Shown piece after piece: positions 50,726-64,000 of a DNA stretch of 64,000 nt (positions are counted from its first letter, which is position 1; the number at the start of each line of letters is the position of its first letter). The notes under the pieces are model-generated. The model saw only the letters and a program-made list of their open reading frames with translations. It was not told where the DNA came from and did no database searches. Origin of the DNA: Nemertoderma westbladi (Eukaryota; Animalia; Xenacoelomorpha). The stretch lies in assembly GCA_032718475.1 (NCBI GenBank), contig JAUCBJ010003147.1, forward strand, positions 1 to 64,000, read 5' to 3'. The position numbers were made by a program, and so were the translations under genes.

Positions 50726-53700
50726 TTATCAACACTATTAATTATCAACATCATCAACAATACAGTTTAATAATGAATACTCATCAACAATTACGTTTAT
50801 TCAGGTTTAATCATCAAAGAATCAGGATTAATTGTCAAACTATCAGGTTTAAATATCAACAATCAACTTTAATTATCAATATCAACAATCAAATTTAATT
50901 ATCAAAAGTTCATCAACAAACAAGGATAAATTATCAAAAAACATCAATCAAGTTTATTCAGTTTTAATCTTCATAGGTTTAATCAACAATAATCAACTTT
51001 AATAATTAAATTTAATTATCAAAAAACATCAACACAGTTTTATGATCTCAACATTCAAAACATCAACAATGCAGTTTAATAATAATCAGAATCAACTTTC
51101 ATCAACATTCAGGTTTATTCAGATTTAATCTTCAAAAATTATGATTAATCGTCAATCAGGTTTAATCATCAACAATCAACTTTAATTATCAACATCAATA
51201 ATCAAATTTCATTATCAAAAAACATCAACACAGTTTTATGATCTCAACACTCATCAATACATCTTCTTCATCGTCTTCTTTTTCTATTAACCGTTTCAAT
51301 TATCAACATCAAGTTTATTATGGCTTAATCTTCAAAGAATCAGGATTAATCATCAAAAAATCAGGTTTAATTATCAATAATCAACTTTAATTTTCAACAT
51401 CAACAATCAAATTTAATTATCAAAAAACATCAACACAGTTTTATGATCTCAACACTCATCAAATCAGTTTTGTTCATCAACAAACAAGGATTAATTATCA
51501 AAAAACATCAACAATACCGTTTAATAATCTTATCAACAATCAGAATCAACTCTCATCAACAATCAGGTTTATTCAGATTTAATCTTCAAAGAATCAGGAT
51601 TAATCATCAAGGAATCAGGATTAATCATCAACAATCAACTTGAATTATCAACATCAATAATCAAATTTAATTATCAAAAAACATTAACATAGTTTTATGA
51701 TCTCAACACTCATCAACACATCTTCTTCATTGTCTTCTTTTTCTATCAACAGTTTCAATTATCAACATCAAGTTTATTAAGGTTTAATCTTCAAAGAATC
51801 AGGATTAATCATCAAAAAATCAAGTTTAATCATCAATAATCAACTTTAATTTTCAACATCAACAATCAAATTTAATTATCAGAAAACATCAACACAGTTT
51901 TATGATTTCAACACTATCGAATCAGTTTTGTTTATCAACAAACAAGGATTAATTATCAAAAAATATCAACAATACCGTTTAAAACATTCAGAATCAACTC
52001 TCATCAACAATCAGTTTTATTCAGATTTAATCTTCAAAGAATCAGGATTAATCATCAAAGAATCAGGATTAATCATCAACAATCAACTTGAATTATCAAC
52101 AATCAACTTGAATTATCAACATCAATAATCAAATTTAATTATCAAAAAACATTAACAGTTTTATGATCTCAACACTCATCAACACATCTTCTTCATCATC
52201 TACTTTTTCTATCAACAGTTTCAATTATCAACATCAAGTTTATTAAGGTTTAATCTTCAAAGAATCAGGATTAATCATCAAAAAATCAAGTTTAATCATC
52301 AATAATCAACTTTAATTTTCAACATCAACAATCAAATTTAATTATCAGAAAACATCAACACAGTTTTATGATTTTAACACTCATCAAATCAATTTGGTTT
52401 TTCAACAAACAAGGATTAATTATCAAAAAATATCAACAATACCATTTAATAATCTTATCAACAATCAGAATCAACTCTTATCAACAATCAGGTTTATTCA
52501 GATTTAATCTTCAAAGAATCAGGATTAATCATCAAAGAATCAGCATTAATCATCAATAATCAACTTTAATTATCGACATCAACAATCAAATTTAATTATC
52601 AAAAAACATCAATACAGTTTTATGATCTCAACACTCATCAAATCAGTTTTGTTATCAACAAACAAGGATTAATTATCAAAAAACATCCGTTTAATAATCA
52701 TATCAACAATCAGAATCAACTCTCATCAATAATCAGGTTTATTCAGTTTTAATCTTCAAAGAATCAGGATTAATCATCAAAGAATCAGGATTAATCATCA
52801 ATAATCAAATTTAATTATCAACATCAACAATCAATTCAATTATCAAAAAACATAAACACAGCTTTACAAACTCAATACCAATCAACAATCAGTTTTGTTC
52901 ATCAGCAAACATGGATTAATTATCAAAAAACATCAACAATACAGTTTAATATTCAATACTAATCCGGTTTATTCATCAGAAGTTGAATCATCAAAGAATC
53001 ATCAGGCTATCAACAATCAACCTTAATTGTCAATATCAACTATAGAGTTTAATAATCAATACTCCTTAACAATGAGGTTTATTCAGCTTTAATCATCAAA
53101 GAATCACGATTAATCGTCATACAATCAGGTTTAATCATCAACAATAACTTTAATTATCAACATCAACAATCAAATTTAATTATCAAAAAACATCACAAAC
53201 AATATAGTTTAATAATCAATATTCATCAACAATCAGGTTTATTTATCAGAAGTTGAATCGTCAAAGAATCAGTCTTAATCGTAAAGAATAAGTTTTATTC
53301 ATCAATAATCAACTCTAATTATCAACATCAATTATAGAGTTTAATAATCAATACTCATCAACATTCAGGTTTATTCAGCTTTAGTCATCAAAGAATCAGG
53401 ATTAATCAATCGTCAAACAATCAGGTTTAATCATCAAAGAATCAGGATTAATCATCAAACACAGGTTTAATCAATATTCATCAACAACCAGGTTTATTCA
53501 TCAGAAGTTGAATCATCAAAGAATCAGGCTTAATCGTAAAGTATCAACATCAATTATAGAGTTTAATAATCAATACTCAACAACATTCAGGTTTATTCAG
53601 CTTTAATCATCAAAGAATCAGGATTAATTGTCAAACAATCAGGTTTAATCATCAAAGAATCAGGATTAATCACCAAGCAATCAGGTTTAATCATCAACAA

Positions 53701-53835
53701 TCAACTTTAATTATCAATATCAACAATAAAATTTAATTATCAAAAACATTACAGTTTTATAATCTCAACACTCATCAACAATCAGTTTCATTCATCAACA
53801 ATCAAGGATTAATTATCAGAAAACATCAACAATAT
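50726..53835. repeat. Degenerate ATCA-rich satellite (about 21-bp subunit, about 460-bp higher-order unit)
   Basis: AATCAGGATTAATCATCAAAG-type subunits; the marker ACATCTTCTTCAT occurs near 51259, 51718 and 52184. Confidence 0.88.
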
Positions 53836-55040
53836 ATACCAGAAATATTTTTAATATTATGAAGAAATCACTATATTGTATATAGTGGTATTACCTGTTT
53901 CCGAATACTGTTTAAACTCAATCATAATTATTTTACATTTGTGCTTAGTTTATTTTTTATGTGATCTTTGATTCAATATGAATAATAATAAGAGATTATA
54001 TGGCTTTGTTGGAGTATTACCAGCTATGCCAAATAAATTATGACATACATTGAATATGAAAAAGTTATTAACAGTTCCCTATAGATTTACTGAACATAAA
54101 ACATGTTGAACAGAAAACAGTAATCGATAGAATTATATTATTGATTTATACTAAAAAAAATTAATCAGTCTCTGACACAATGCTGTATGCACGCTATGCA
54201 GTATGCATTAACAGTAGGCTATTTCGTAATTCTCAGTCTGTCTGTCTGTTCTGGTATTCTAGGTCAAATTCTGTAAATTTATTTCAAGTGCTTTTATTTT
54301 TATTATTATTGGTCATGTAGGTTATAACAATTGGTGGTGGAATAATATTCGGTGCAATTATTTTTAATTAAATATAAATGTTTTTTGGTATTTTTTTGAA
54401 AGAAATTTATAATAAATGATTTATTACATTAGAACAGTAGGCTATTTCAAAACTCTCACTCTGTAAGTTCATCAGTACTATTCTGATAGTTTAGGCCAAA
54501 TTCTGTATATTTGTTATAACTGTTATTATGTTTTTTATTATTGGTCGTCTAGGTTATAATAAATGGTGGTGCGATAATATTTGGTGCAATTATTTTGAAA
54601 ATAAATTTATAATAAATGATTTATTACCTTAGTAACCTACTGACTTATTAAGATTTAACCACAAACTAAAACTGAATAAACTGTTTTCTGTTCAGTATAA
54701 TTTTGAGAGTTATTATTTGATATTCAGTGATGTAAATTTTAGATGACTGTTTATGTTCCTAATAAAACAATAGAGACTGTTTTATATTAAGTAAAGTCCA
54801 ATGAAGTTTGTTTTATGTTCAGTATATAAGTCTATATTCAGTCTTAATTTCTAGTTACTGAGTCAACCGATTTAATCTTTTAATAGCAATATTTTAGGCA
54901 TTGTATACAATATCTTAATACTTATAATCTATATTTATTAACCATATTTATGCACTAATATATTCCTCCTTTCCAGTATTATATATATATCCTTCTGAAT
55001 ATGATTTAGTAATCATTGTATTTTCTGGATATATTGATAA

Positions 55041-55078
<38 letters not shown>

Positions 55079-57423
55079 ATGGATTCATAACTTTGATGCT
55101 TTATATCAGTAATACACAACAAGTGATGGTAATTGTGGTGGCAATGACAAATGACAACAATTATTATACTTATAATGGTATAAAGATTCATCTTCTACTA
55201 ACAACTTCTACTATAATGATCTTCAAATTATTTATGTATACCTATGTTCTATATCAGTTATATATTACAAAGTGATGTCAATCAATATCATTAATTTAAC
55301 TTGTAACAGTAAAAAGATTCATCTCCAACCATAATGAATGTATATCTCCAGTAATGATTATCAAGCGATCATCTTCAATTATTATTAAAGGTAAGTTTAA
55401 ATTATATACTTGTGAATAAATTTTCATACCCACAAATGGTATAGCAATAAAGCAGAAATATTTATATTTTGTTTGTTATTATTGTTGTTATATTGTTTAG
55501 ATATAGTAAACCTTGTTAGCTAGGTATAGTATTTGATTATATATATATATTTATAAATAATGTTCTGCTAATCTTTTAAATCTACTTATTAATATATAAT
55601 TTAGAGTTTTCTTAGTAGTAGGGTCTGTTCTTTATTTATCCTAATATACCTAATTCTTACTATAGTGATCTTATAAAATAAATTTATTTCTAATTTTTAT
55701 TTTGATCAATTTCTATATAGTTTGAACCATATAATTCTTAATTAGTTCCCTTACTCAATTGTAGTTCCTGTCAAATTAAACAATATATTAAACTGGGACG
55801 TTTTTAAGGAATTAGGTATTAAAATCTAATTGAAATAATTTATGTTTATTGTAGTTCTACAAAATTTTTATTATAGTATAAAATTTTTATTGTAGTCGTA
55901 CTATGAATATAGAAAAATAATATTAATATATGGCACCTATTTACTTTAAATTATAAATATTAATTAATTTAAATGTGTAAAAGTAAATACTATTATTACG
56001 AAATTTTTATTGTAGTAATATAATAAATATATAATAATAATGTATGGTACATATTATTAACTTTTAATTATGAGTAATAAATAAGTTAAATATTGGTTAC
56101 TATGTGTTATATAGTATTTAGTTTTAATTAGAAGTTTAAATTAATTAAATGTTTACTTTTATGCTATATTTATTTATTTTAATTATTTCTTTATATATAT
56201 TATTATTATTATTTATTTAACATTCCTATGTCCTGGCCGTTTTCACGGTACTCTAATAGTATTTTTTAAATCCATAGCCTATGATATCCATGTTTTGGAA
56301 TCTGGGATTGCACCTATGGCCCACGCAGGACATTTGGAAATTCTTTTTTACTGTTTTTTTTAAGAGGATACACAATTTTTTTTAAATGATTCATTTTACA
56401 GTTATGAATTTTTATGAAATATAACTTTGACAATAATATATTTGATATATTTGGAAATTATACTAATGAAACAAATGGATATACAATATCATACAAGTAT
56501 ACTTAAGTATATAAGTAAAATTATATATAGACAGACAGCTTTAAGTTTAAAGCTTTTATTTAAAATTTCTATAGTACTTTTTTAACCTGGTCTATAGAAA
56601 TCCTTAAACTATTTAACAGATACAACTTAATTCAACCATAATTTAAAGTGGTGGTCTTAACACACAGACACAGCATCAGCCAGCTATATATGAATTTAGA
56701 TAATTTAAATTATTTTATACAGATATATCATAAATACATATACTTATATGGTCATTGACATATATTTCTAAGTCGATATGAAATAATTATAATATAATTT
56801 CAAAGCATAATGTAATTTTGTACTCTTATTTAAGTTACATTATGCTTTAGATTATGGATAAATGAAACATGGAAAACATGGATAAAATTACAATATAAAG
56901 ACATTTTTATAATCAAGTAAATAGAATGATAACTTGAAAATCTTACTTACGCAAAGAGAAACTTGAAATTAAAAAAAGTTTAACTTAAATATATAATTAT
57001 TATTGAGATAAATAAACTAAAAATCATAATTAATTAATTAATTATATTAAATTGTTTAAATGAAAAAAAAAGGGCTTACAATATTTTTCAAGAAAAATAT
57101 AAATAGGATAATTTAAACTATTTTACATGGCAATATCTTGTATAATTGATATAATCCTAAGTATATATGAACCAATACTAACTAAATAGTATAGTATAGC
57201 ATTTATATAGTCAAGTTTTAACTTAAAAAGTTAATATAGTATAGGTTTATTTTAAAAGGTGAACATGGGGATAACTACAACATAATGATGCAACTTAATC
57301 AAGTAAACAGATATAACTTAAACTCTGCATGTGTAAGGGATGAACTTAAACTTAAGTTGACATAAATATAGTGAATATTATAATGATGTATCCTCTTAAT
57401 TTTTTTATATTTTTTTTTGAGTC

Positions 57424-57578
57424 GTGGGAACTGCGCTACTCATATCTTTATTTAATATTATGGTTATAATCAAAGCATAAATTTTTTATTATTATATATT
57501 TGCTTTGTTTACTCCAAATATTGAAATAAATATGATAAATGAGTAATCGTCCAAAGCCGATTAAAGCAGGATGGCCAC
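57424..57578 (+). ncRNA. Twister ribozyme candidate (type P1), copy 1
   Basis: P1 GUGG/CCAC, L1 GAA and GAUGG, P2 CUGC/GCAG, GC, P3 UACUCAU/AUGAGUA with a long AU arm, P4 AUCG/CGAU closing UCCAAAGC, linker UAAA; both pseudoknots can form. Confidence 0.85.
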
Positions 57579-57619
57579 TTCCAAGTTTATCTTAAGTACA
57601 TTTGAAGGTGAAATATTTA

Positions 57620-60600
57620 CTTTATGTAATGTTATTTTGAGTCATGCGGTCCATTTTCATGGCAATGGTGAGATCCCTGTCGAACGTTCCCCATGTATTG
57701 CAGTTTCCCATAAACAGGCCACCCAGCGCAGTTGCCCATCACCAGGGCAATGGTCATAACCCTGTGGAACCTCCCCCACCCAGCCCTCTAACTTTGTTTG
57801 CTGGAAAATTATAATTGGATAGATGTATCAATATATCCTCCTCATCCTCATGAAAATAGTATTTTCTTCACTGAATGACTCTTGCATCACTAATCAATGT
57901 TATTGGTTATTATTTCAAATGTATGAGTTGTTTTCAAGAAAGATAACATTTCTTTATGCTGAGCTTCTTGCCAACAATCTCTTTCCAACATGTGGAATGT
58001 TTTTTTAAGTCCAGGATTGTTTTGATAATGAGCAATTTTCATGAGCATTTTCATGGCAATGGTCACATCCGTGTGGAACCTTCCGCCACCCAGTACAGTT
58101 TCCCATAAACAGGCCCCCCAGCACAGCTGTCCATCACTAGGGCAATAGTCAGAATGCTGAGATGATTTTGAGGTTGTGCCTAATGTAGGATTGTTTCGAT
58201 AATGAGGGTTTTTCAGTCAGTTTATCTGCTTGGTATCTTCTAACTTTGTTTGCTGGAAAATTATAATCGGATAGATGTATCCATATATCGTCCTCATCCC
58301 CTAACTATCCTATCATCTAACTTTGTTTGCTGGAAAATTATAATTGGATAGATGTATTCATATATCCTCCTCATCCTCATGAAAGTAGTATTTTCCTCAC
58401 CCAATGACTGTTGCATCACTAATCAATGTTATTGGCTATTATTTCAAAAGTATGAGTTGTTGGCAATAAAGATAACATTTCTTTATGCTGAGCTTCTTGG
58501 CAACAATCTCTTTCCAACATGTGGAATGTTATTTTGAGTCCAGGATTGTTTTGATAATGAGCAATTCTCATGACCATTTTCATGGCAATGGTCACATACG
58601 TGTGGAACCTTCCGCCACCCAGTACAGTTTCCCATAAACATGCCGCTCAGCACCGCTGTCCATCATTAGGGCAATGGTCAGAACCCTGACATGATTTTGA
58701 GGTTGTGCCTAATGTAGGATTGTTTCGATAATGAGGGTTTTGCAGTCAGTTTATTTGCTTGGTCTGAAGCAGATTATCCTCTAATCATCTAACTATCCTA
58801 TCATCTAACTTTGTTTGCTGAAAATTATAATTGGATAGATGTATCCATATATCCTCCTCATCCTCATGAAAGTAGTATTTTCTTCACCCAATGACTGTTG
58901 CATTACTAAATGTTATTGGCTATTATTTCAAAAGCATGAGTTGTTGGCAATAAAGATAACATTTCTTTATGCTGAGCTTCTTGCCAACAATCTCTTTCCA
59001 ACATGTGGAATGTTATTTTGAGTCCAGGATTGTTTTGATAATGAGCAATTTTCATGACCATTTTCATGACAATGGTCAAATCCATGTGGAACATTCCACC
59101 ACGCAGTGCAGTTTCCCATAAACAGGCCCCCCAGCACAGCTGTCCATCACTAGGGTAATGGTGAGAACCCTGAGATGATTTTGAGGTTGTGCCTAATGTA
59201 GGATTGTTTCGATAATGAGGGTTTTGCAGTCATTTTATATGCTTGGTCTGAAGGAGATTATCCTCTAATCCTCTAACTATCCTATCATCTAACTTTGTTT
59301 GCTGGAAAATTATAATTGGATAGATGTATCCATATATCCTCCTCATCCTCATGAAAGTAGTATTTTCTTAACGCAATGACTGTTGCATTACTAATCAATG
59401 TTATTGGCTATTATTTCAAAAGCATGAGTTGTTAGCAATAAAGATAACATTTTTTTATGCTGAGCTTCTTGCCAACAATCTCTTTCCAACATGTGGAATG
59501 TTATTTTGAGTCCAGGATTGTTTTGATAATGAGCAATTTTCATGACCATTTTCATGGCAATGGTCACATCCGTGTGGAACATTCCATCACGCAGTGCAGT
59601 TTCCCATAAACAGGCCCCTCAGCACAGCTGTCCATCACTAGGGCAATGGTCAGAACCCTGAGATGATTTTGAGGTTGTGCCTATTGTAGGATTGTTTCGA
59701 TGATGAGGGTTTTGCAGTCAGTTTATCTGCTTGGCCTGAAGGAGATTATCGTCTAACTATCCTATCATCTAATTTTGTTTGCTGGAAAATTATAATTGGA
59801 TAGATGTATCCATATATCCTCCCCATCCTCATGAAAGTAGTATTTTCTTCACCCAATGACTGTTGCATCACTAATCAATGTTATTGGCTATTATTTCAAA
59901 AGCATGAGTTGTTAGCAATAAAGATAACATTTCTTTATGCTGAGCTTCTTGCCAACAATCTCTTTCCAACATGTGGAATGTTATTTTGAGTCCAGGATTG
60001 TTTTGATAATGAGCAATTTTCATGGCCATTTTCATGGCAATGGTCACATCCGTGTGGAACATTCCATCACGCAGTGCAGTTTCCCATAAACAGGCCCCTC
60101 AGCGCAGTCAGTTTATCTGCTTGGCCTGAAGGAGATTATCGTCTAACTATCCTATCATCTAATTTTGTTTGCTGGAAAATTATAATTGGATAGATGTATC
60201 CATATATCCTCCCCATCCTCATGAAAGTAGTATTTTCTTCACCCAATGACTGTTGCATCACTAATCAATGTTATTGGCTATTATTTCAAAAGCATGAGTT
60301 GTTAGCAATAAAGATAACATTTCTTTATGCTGAGCTTCTTGCCAACAATCTCTTTCCAACATGTGGAATGTTATTTTGAGTCCAGGATTGTTTTGATAAT
60401 GAGCAATTTTCATGACCATTTTCATGGCAATGGTCACATCCGTGTGGAACATTCCATCACGCAGTGCAGTTTCCCATAAACAGGCCCCTCAGCACAGCTG
60501 TCCATCACTAGGGCAATGGTCAGAACCCTGAGATGATTTTGAGGTTGTGCCTATTGTAGGATTGTTTCGATGATGAGGGTTTTGCAGTCAGTTTATCTGC

Positions 60601-62265
60601 TTGGCCTGAAGGAGATTATCGTCTAACTATCCTATCATCTAACTTTGTTTGCTGGAAAATTATAATTGGATAGATGTATCCATATATCCTCCCCATCCTC
60701 ATGAAAGTAGTATTTTCTTCACCCAATGACTGTTGCATCACTAATCAATGTTATTGGCTATTATTTCAAAAGCATGAGTTGTTAGCAATAAAGATAACAT
60801 TTCTTTATGCTGAGCTTCTTGCCAACAATCTCTTTCCAACATGTGGAATGTTATTTTGAGTCCAGGATTGTTTTGATAATGAGCAATTTTCATGACCATT
60901 TTCATGGCAATGGTCACATCCGTGTGGAACATTCCGCCACGCAGTGCAGTTTCCCATAAACAGGCCCCTCAGCACAGCTGTCCATCACTAGGGCAATGGT
61001 CAGAACCCTGAGATGATTTTGAGGTTGTGCCTATTGTAGGATTGTTTCGATGATGAGGGTTTTGCAGTCAGTTTATCTGCTTGGCCTGAAGGAGATTATC
61101 GTCTAACTATCCTATCATCTAACTTTTGTTTGCTGGAAAATTATAATTGGATAGATGTATCCATATATCCTCCCCATCCTCATGAAAGTAGTATTTTCTT
61201 CACCCAATGACTGTTGCATCACTAATCAATGTTATTGGCTATTAATTCAAAAGCATGAGTTGTTGGCAATAAAGATAACATTTCTTTATGCTGAGCTTCT
61301 TGCCAACAATCTCTTTCCAACATGTGGAATGTTATTTTGAGTCCAGGATTGTTTTGATAATGAGCAATTTTCATGACCATTTTCATGGCAATGGTCACAT
61401 CCGTGTGGAACATTCCACAATGCAGTGCAGTTTCCCATAAACAGGCCCCCCAGCACAGCTGTCCATCACTAGGGTAATGGTCAGAACCCTGAGATGATTT
61501 TGAGGTTGTGCCTAATGTAGGATTGTTTCGATAATGAGGGTTTTGCAGTCATTTTATATGCTTGGTCTGAAGGAGATTATCCTCTAATCCTCTAACTATC
61601 ATATCATCTAACTTTGTTTGCTGGAAAATTATAATTGGATAGATGTATCCATATATCCTCCTCATCCTCATGAAAATAGTATTTTCTTCACTCAATGACT
61701 GTTGCATCACTAATCAATTGGCTATTATTTCATAAGCATGAGTTGTTGGCAAGAAAGATAACATTTCTGTTGAGCTTCTTGCTAACAATCTCTTTCCAAC
61801 ATGTGGAATGTTATTTTGAGTCCATGATTGTTTTGATAATGAGCAATTTTCATGACCATTTTCATGGCAATGGTCACATCCGTGTGGAACCTTCCCCCAC
61901 CAAGTGCAGTTTCCCATGAACAGGCCCCCCAGCACAGCTGTCCATCACTAGGGCAATGGTCAGAACCCTGAGATGATTTTGAGGTTGTGCCTAATGTAGG
62001 ATTGTTTTGTTGATGAGGGTTTTGCAGTCAGTTTATCTGCTTGGTCTGAAGGAGATTATCCTCTATTCTATCATCTAACTTTGTTTGCTGGAAAATTATA
62101 ATTGAATAGATGCATCCATATATCCTCATCATCCTCATGAAAGAAGTATTTTCTTCACCCAATGACTGTTGCATCACTAATCAATGTTATTGGCTATTAT
62201 TTCAAATGTATGAGTTGTTGACAAGAAAGATAACATTTCTTTATTTTGAGCTTCTTGCCAAAAAA
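57620..62265. repeat. About 480-bp satellite array (about 9-10 copies)
   Basis: GATAGATGTATCCATATATCCTC-type marker near 57818, 58347, 58834, 59319, 59799, 60189, 60669, 61150, 61638 and 62105. Confidence 0.96.
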
Positions 62266-63255
62266 CTCTTCCCTACCCGGTGCTGGTCTGCAACAGGTGC
62301 TCCTCCCCTACCCGGTGCTGGTCTGCAACAGGGAGCTGCTCCCTCATTGGCACTGGAAGTGTATGACGCCTGGGTGGTTTTATCTTAACAGTTGTTTGCC
62401 ACTTATAAACCTGCGAATGTATGGATTCATTCAAATAAGATTGGGCAGCAGTTATGTTGTTTAAGAGGGGGATTTTGTTAAACTAAAATTTAGCCGGACT
62501 CAACAACTTATCTTCATCAACATAATTATGTTGTGACGTTTTTATTCGAGTCCATGTCCTCACCATATTTAGTTGATCGTTTCAACGACTACACCTTACC
62601 CAATATTCAATTTTATCTTCATCACTCTTAACCCGTTTTACCTCTCCCATTACAATCGTACTACCTCCAACCTGTGCATTGTGCAATCACTTAACTACAT
62701 TTCAAACCCATGTTCCTAAAAAACTTATTTCAAACCCATGTTCCTGAAAAACTTATTCATTCTACAACTCTTATCTTTATATGCACCTTTTACTTCTAAT
62801 TAAACTAAAGAAGAGTCTATTAAAGACGAGTATGGTATGGTATATCTTCAATTATTTATTAACTATTTATTATAACTGAGTCATATCAGAGCAATTATCA
62901 TAATGTATTGCCCAGTGATGGTCCAGGTATAAATTCTGAAATATGTAAATAATTAATATTTACTATATTTAAAAATTATTACACAAAAAATGGCATGTAT
63001 ACTTGGCACTATACTTGTAATTGTCCACTTGTCAGACTTCTTGGCATCTTGTTAATACAAAATATTCATATATTACATTATATTAGTTACTAATGAAGTA
63101 ACTTCTGCCGGCGCAGGTCTCCAACAACAGGGCGGACAGAACTCAGTGGCACCTCTGAATATATTCTTCCATTGGATGTATGCCTGAAACTGGGCGTTTC
63201 ATCCAGCCTTGATGTATTGACTGCATTAACTAGTAATATAATTGTTATTTTCATT

Positions 63256-63408
63256 TGTGGGAACTGCGCTACTGCATTTATATTTATTTATAATGGTCGT
63301 AATCATTAAATTAAAGCTTTAGCTTTAAATTGCCTTGGTTCCGTTAAATATTTTTAAATAAATATAAATGAGTAATCGTCCAAAGCCGATCAAAGCAGGA
63401 TGGCCACA
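63256..63408 (+). ncRNA. Twister ribozyme candidate (type P1), copy 2
   Basis: P1 UGUGG/CCACA, GAA, P2 CUGC/GCAG, GC, P3 UACU(G)CAUUUAUAUUUAUUUA/UAAAUAAAUAUAAAUGAGUA, P4 AUCG/CGAU with loop UCCAAAGC, linker CAAA, then GAUGG. Confidence 0.87.
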
Positions 63409-64000
63409 TGATATCTACTTATTGGAATTATTTAAGATATCTACATGCATTAACTGGTAATTGTCCATTATACTCTGACTTATTGGCAGTTATTAATTCC
63501 TCAATAGTCATCATTTGCACTTTATTATATATTTCATATGGGATGGCTACATCATATCTAGTTATTGGAATTATTTAAGATATCTACACGTTGTAATTAT
63601 TTAAACTATTTTTACAATTTTTCAGGGTGAGTGAAAAATCTGGTTCTAAGCTAGTATGTACTTATTAGTACCAGCTTGTAATACTTATTTATACACTTAT
63701 TTAATTAGTTGCTTTATGTCTCCTTATATACTCATTTACATACTTCATGGTTAATTACTTATACTAAATTACATATGTATACAAGTGTGTGAAAATAAAC
63801 ATGTAAATTAAAAAGTGACAAAACATTTAGGGACTAAGTACTTATACAGAACTTACTTATATAGTGTAGTTACTAATGAAGTAACTTCTGCTGGCCTTTT
63901 GAGTCCTGGTAGGTATATTTGCAGCAGGATGAGGAAGTCACTTTAACAATTGTAGAATGGCACAACACAATAATATAGGCCTAGAATATAACATGTGCCA

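Noticed and set aside
50400-50898. Acidic, Lys/Thr-rich and poly-Ser ORFs
   Set aside because: A degenerate trinucleotide tract with no splice or domain support.
56235-56250. Histone 3' stem-loop look-alike GGCCGTTTTCACGGTA
   Set aside because: It deviates from the consensus stem and no histone ORF lies upstream.
57823-62388. Repeated 61-63 aa ORFs in the 480-bp satellite
   Set aside because: Short, overlapping on both strands, broken in some copies, and with no recognisable motif.

Overview
AT-rich, repeat-dense eukaryotic DNA, probably an invertebrate animal, judged from GT-AG introns and satellite arrays; no prokaryotic features are seen. 1-20.9 kb: two arrays of a 64/66-bp satellite, each followed by the same C-rich block and then a 49/51-bp repeat. 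21-37 kb: a probable large Helitron2/Helentron-like module. It has an intronless SGNH hydrolase gene (minus strand) and, divergent from it, a spliced plus-strand gene with eight phase-0 coding exons (about 831 aa, two zinc knuckles, a catalytically dead OTU-like domain, no stop codon reached). That gene runs into a 28-bp minisatellite and then a 5'-truncated PIF1-family helicase fused to an SLX1-type GIY-YIG nuclease. 37-57 kb: AT-rich duplications, MITEs and several satellites. 57.4-63.4 kb: two same-strand twister ribozyme candidates with unusually long P3 arms bracket a ~480-bp satellite array. Most ORFs in the supplied track are translation artefacts of repeats. All domain and RNA calls come from motif recognition by eye, not from database searches.
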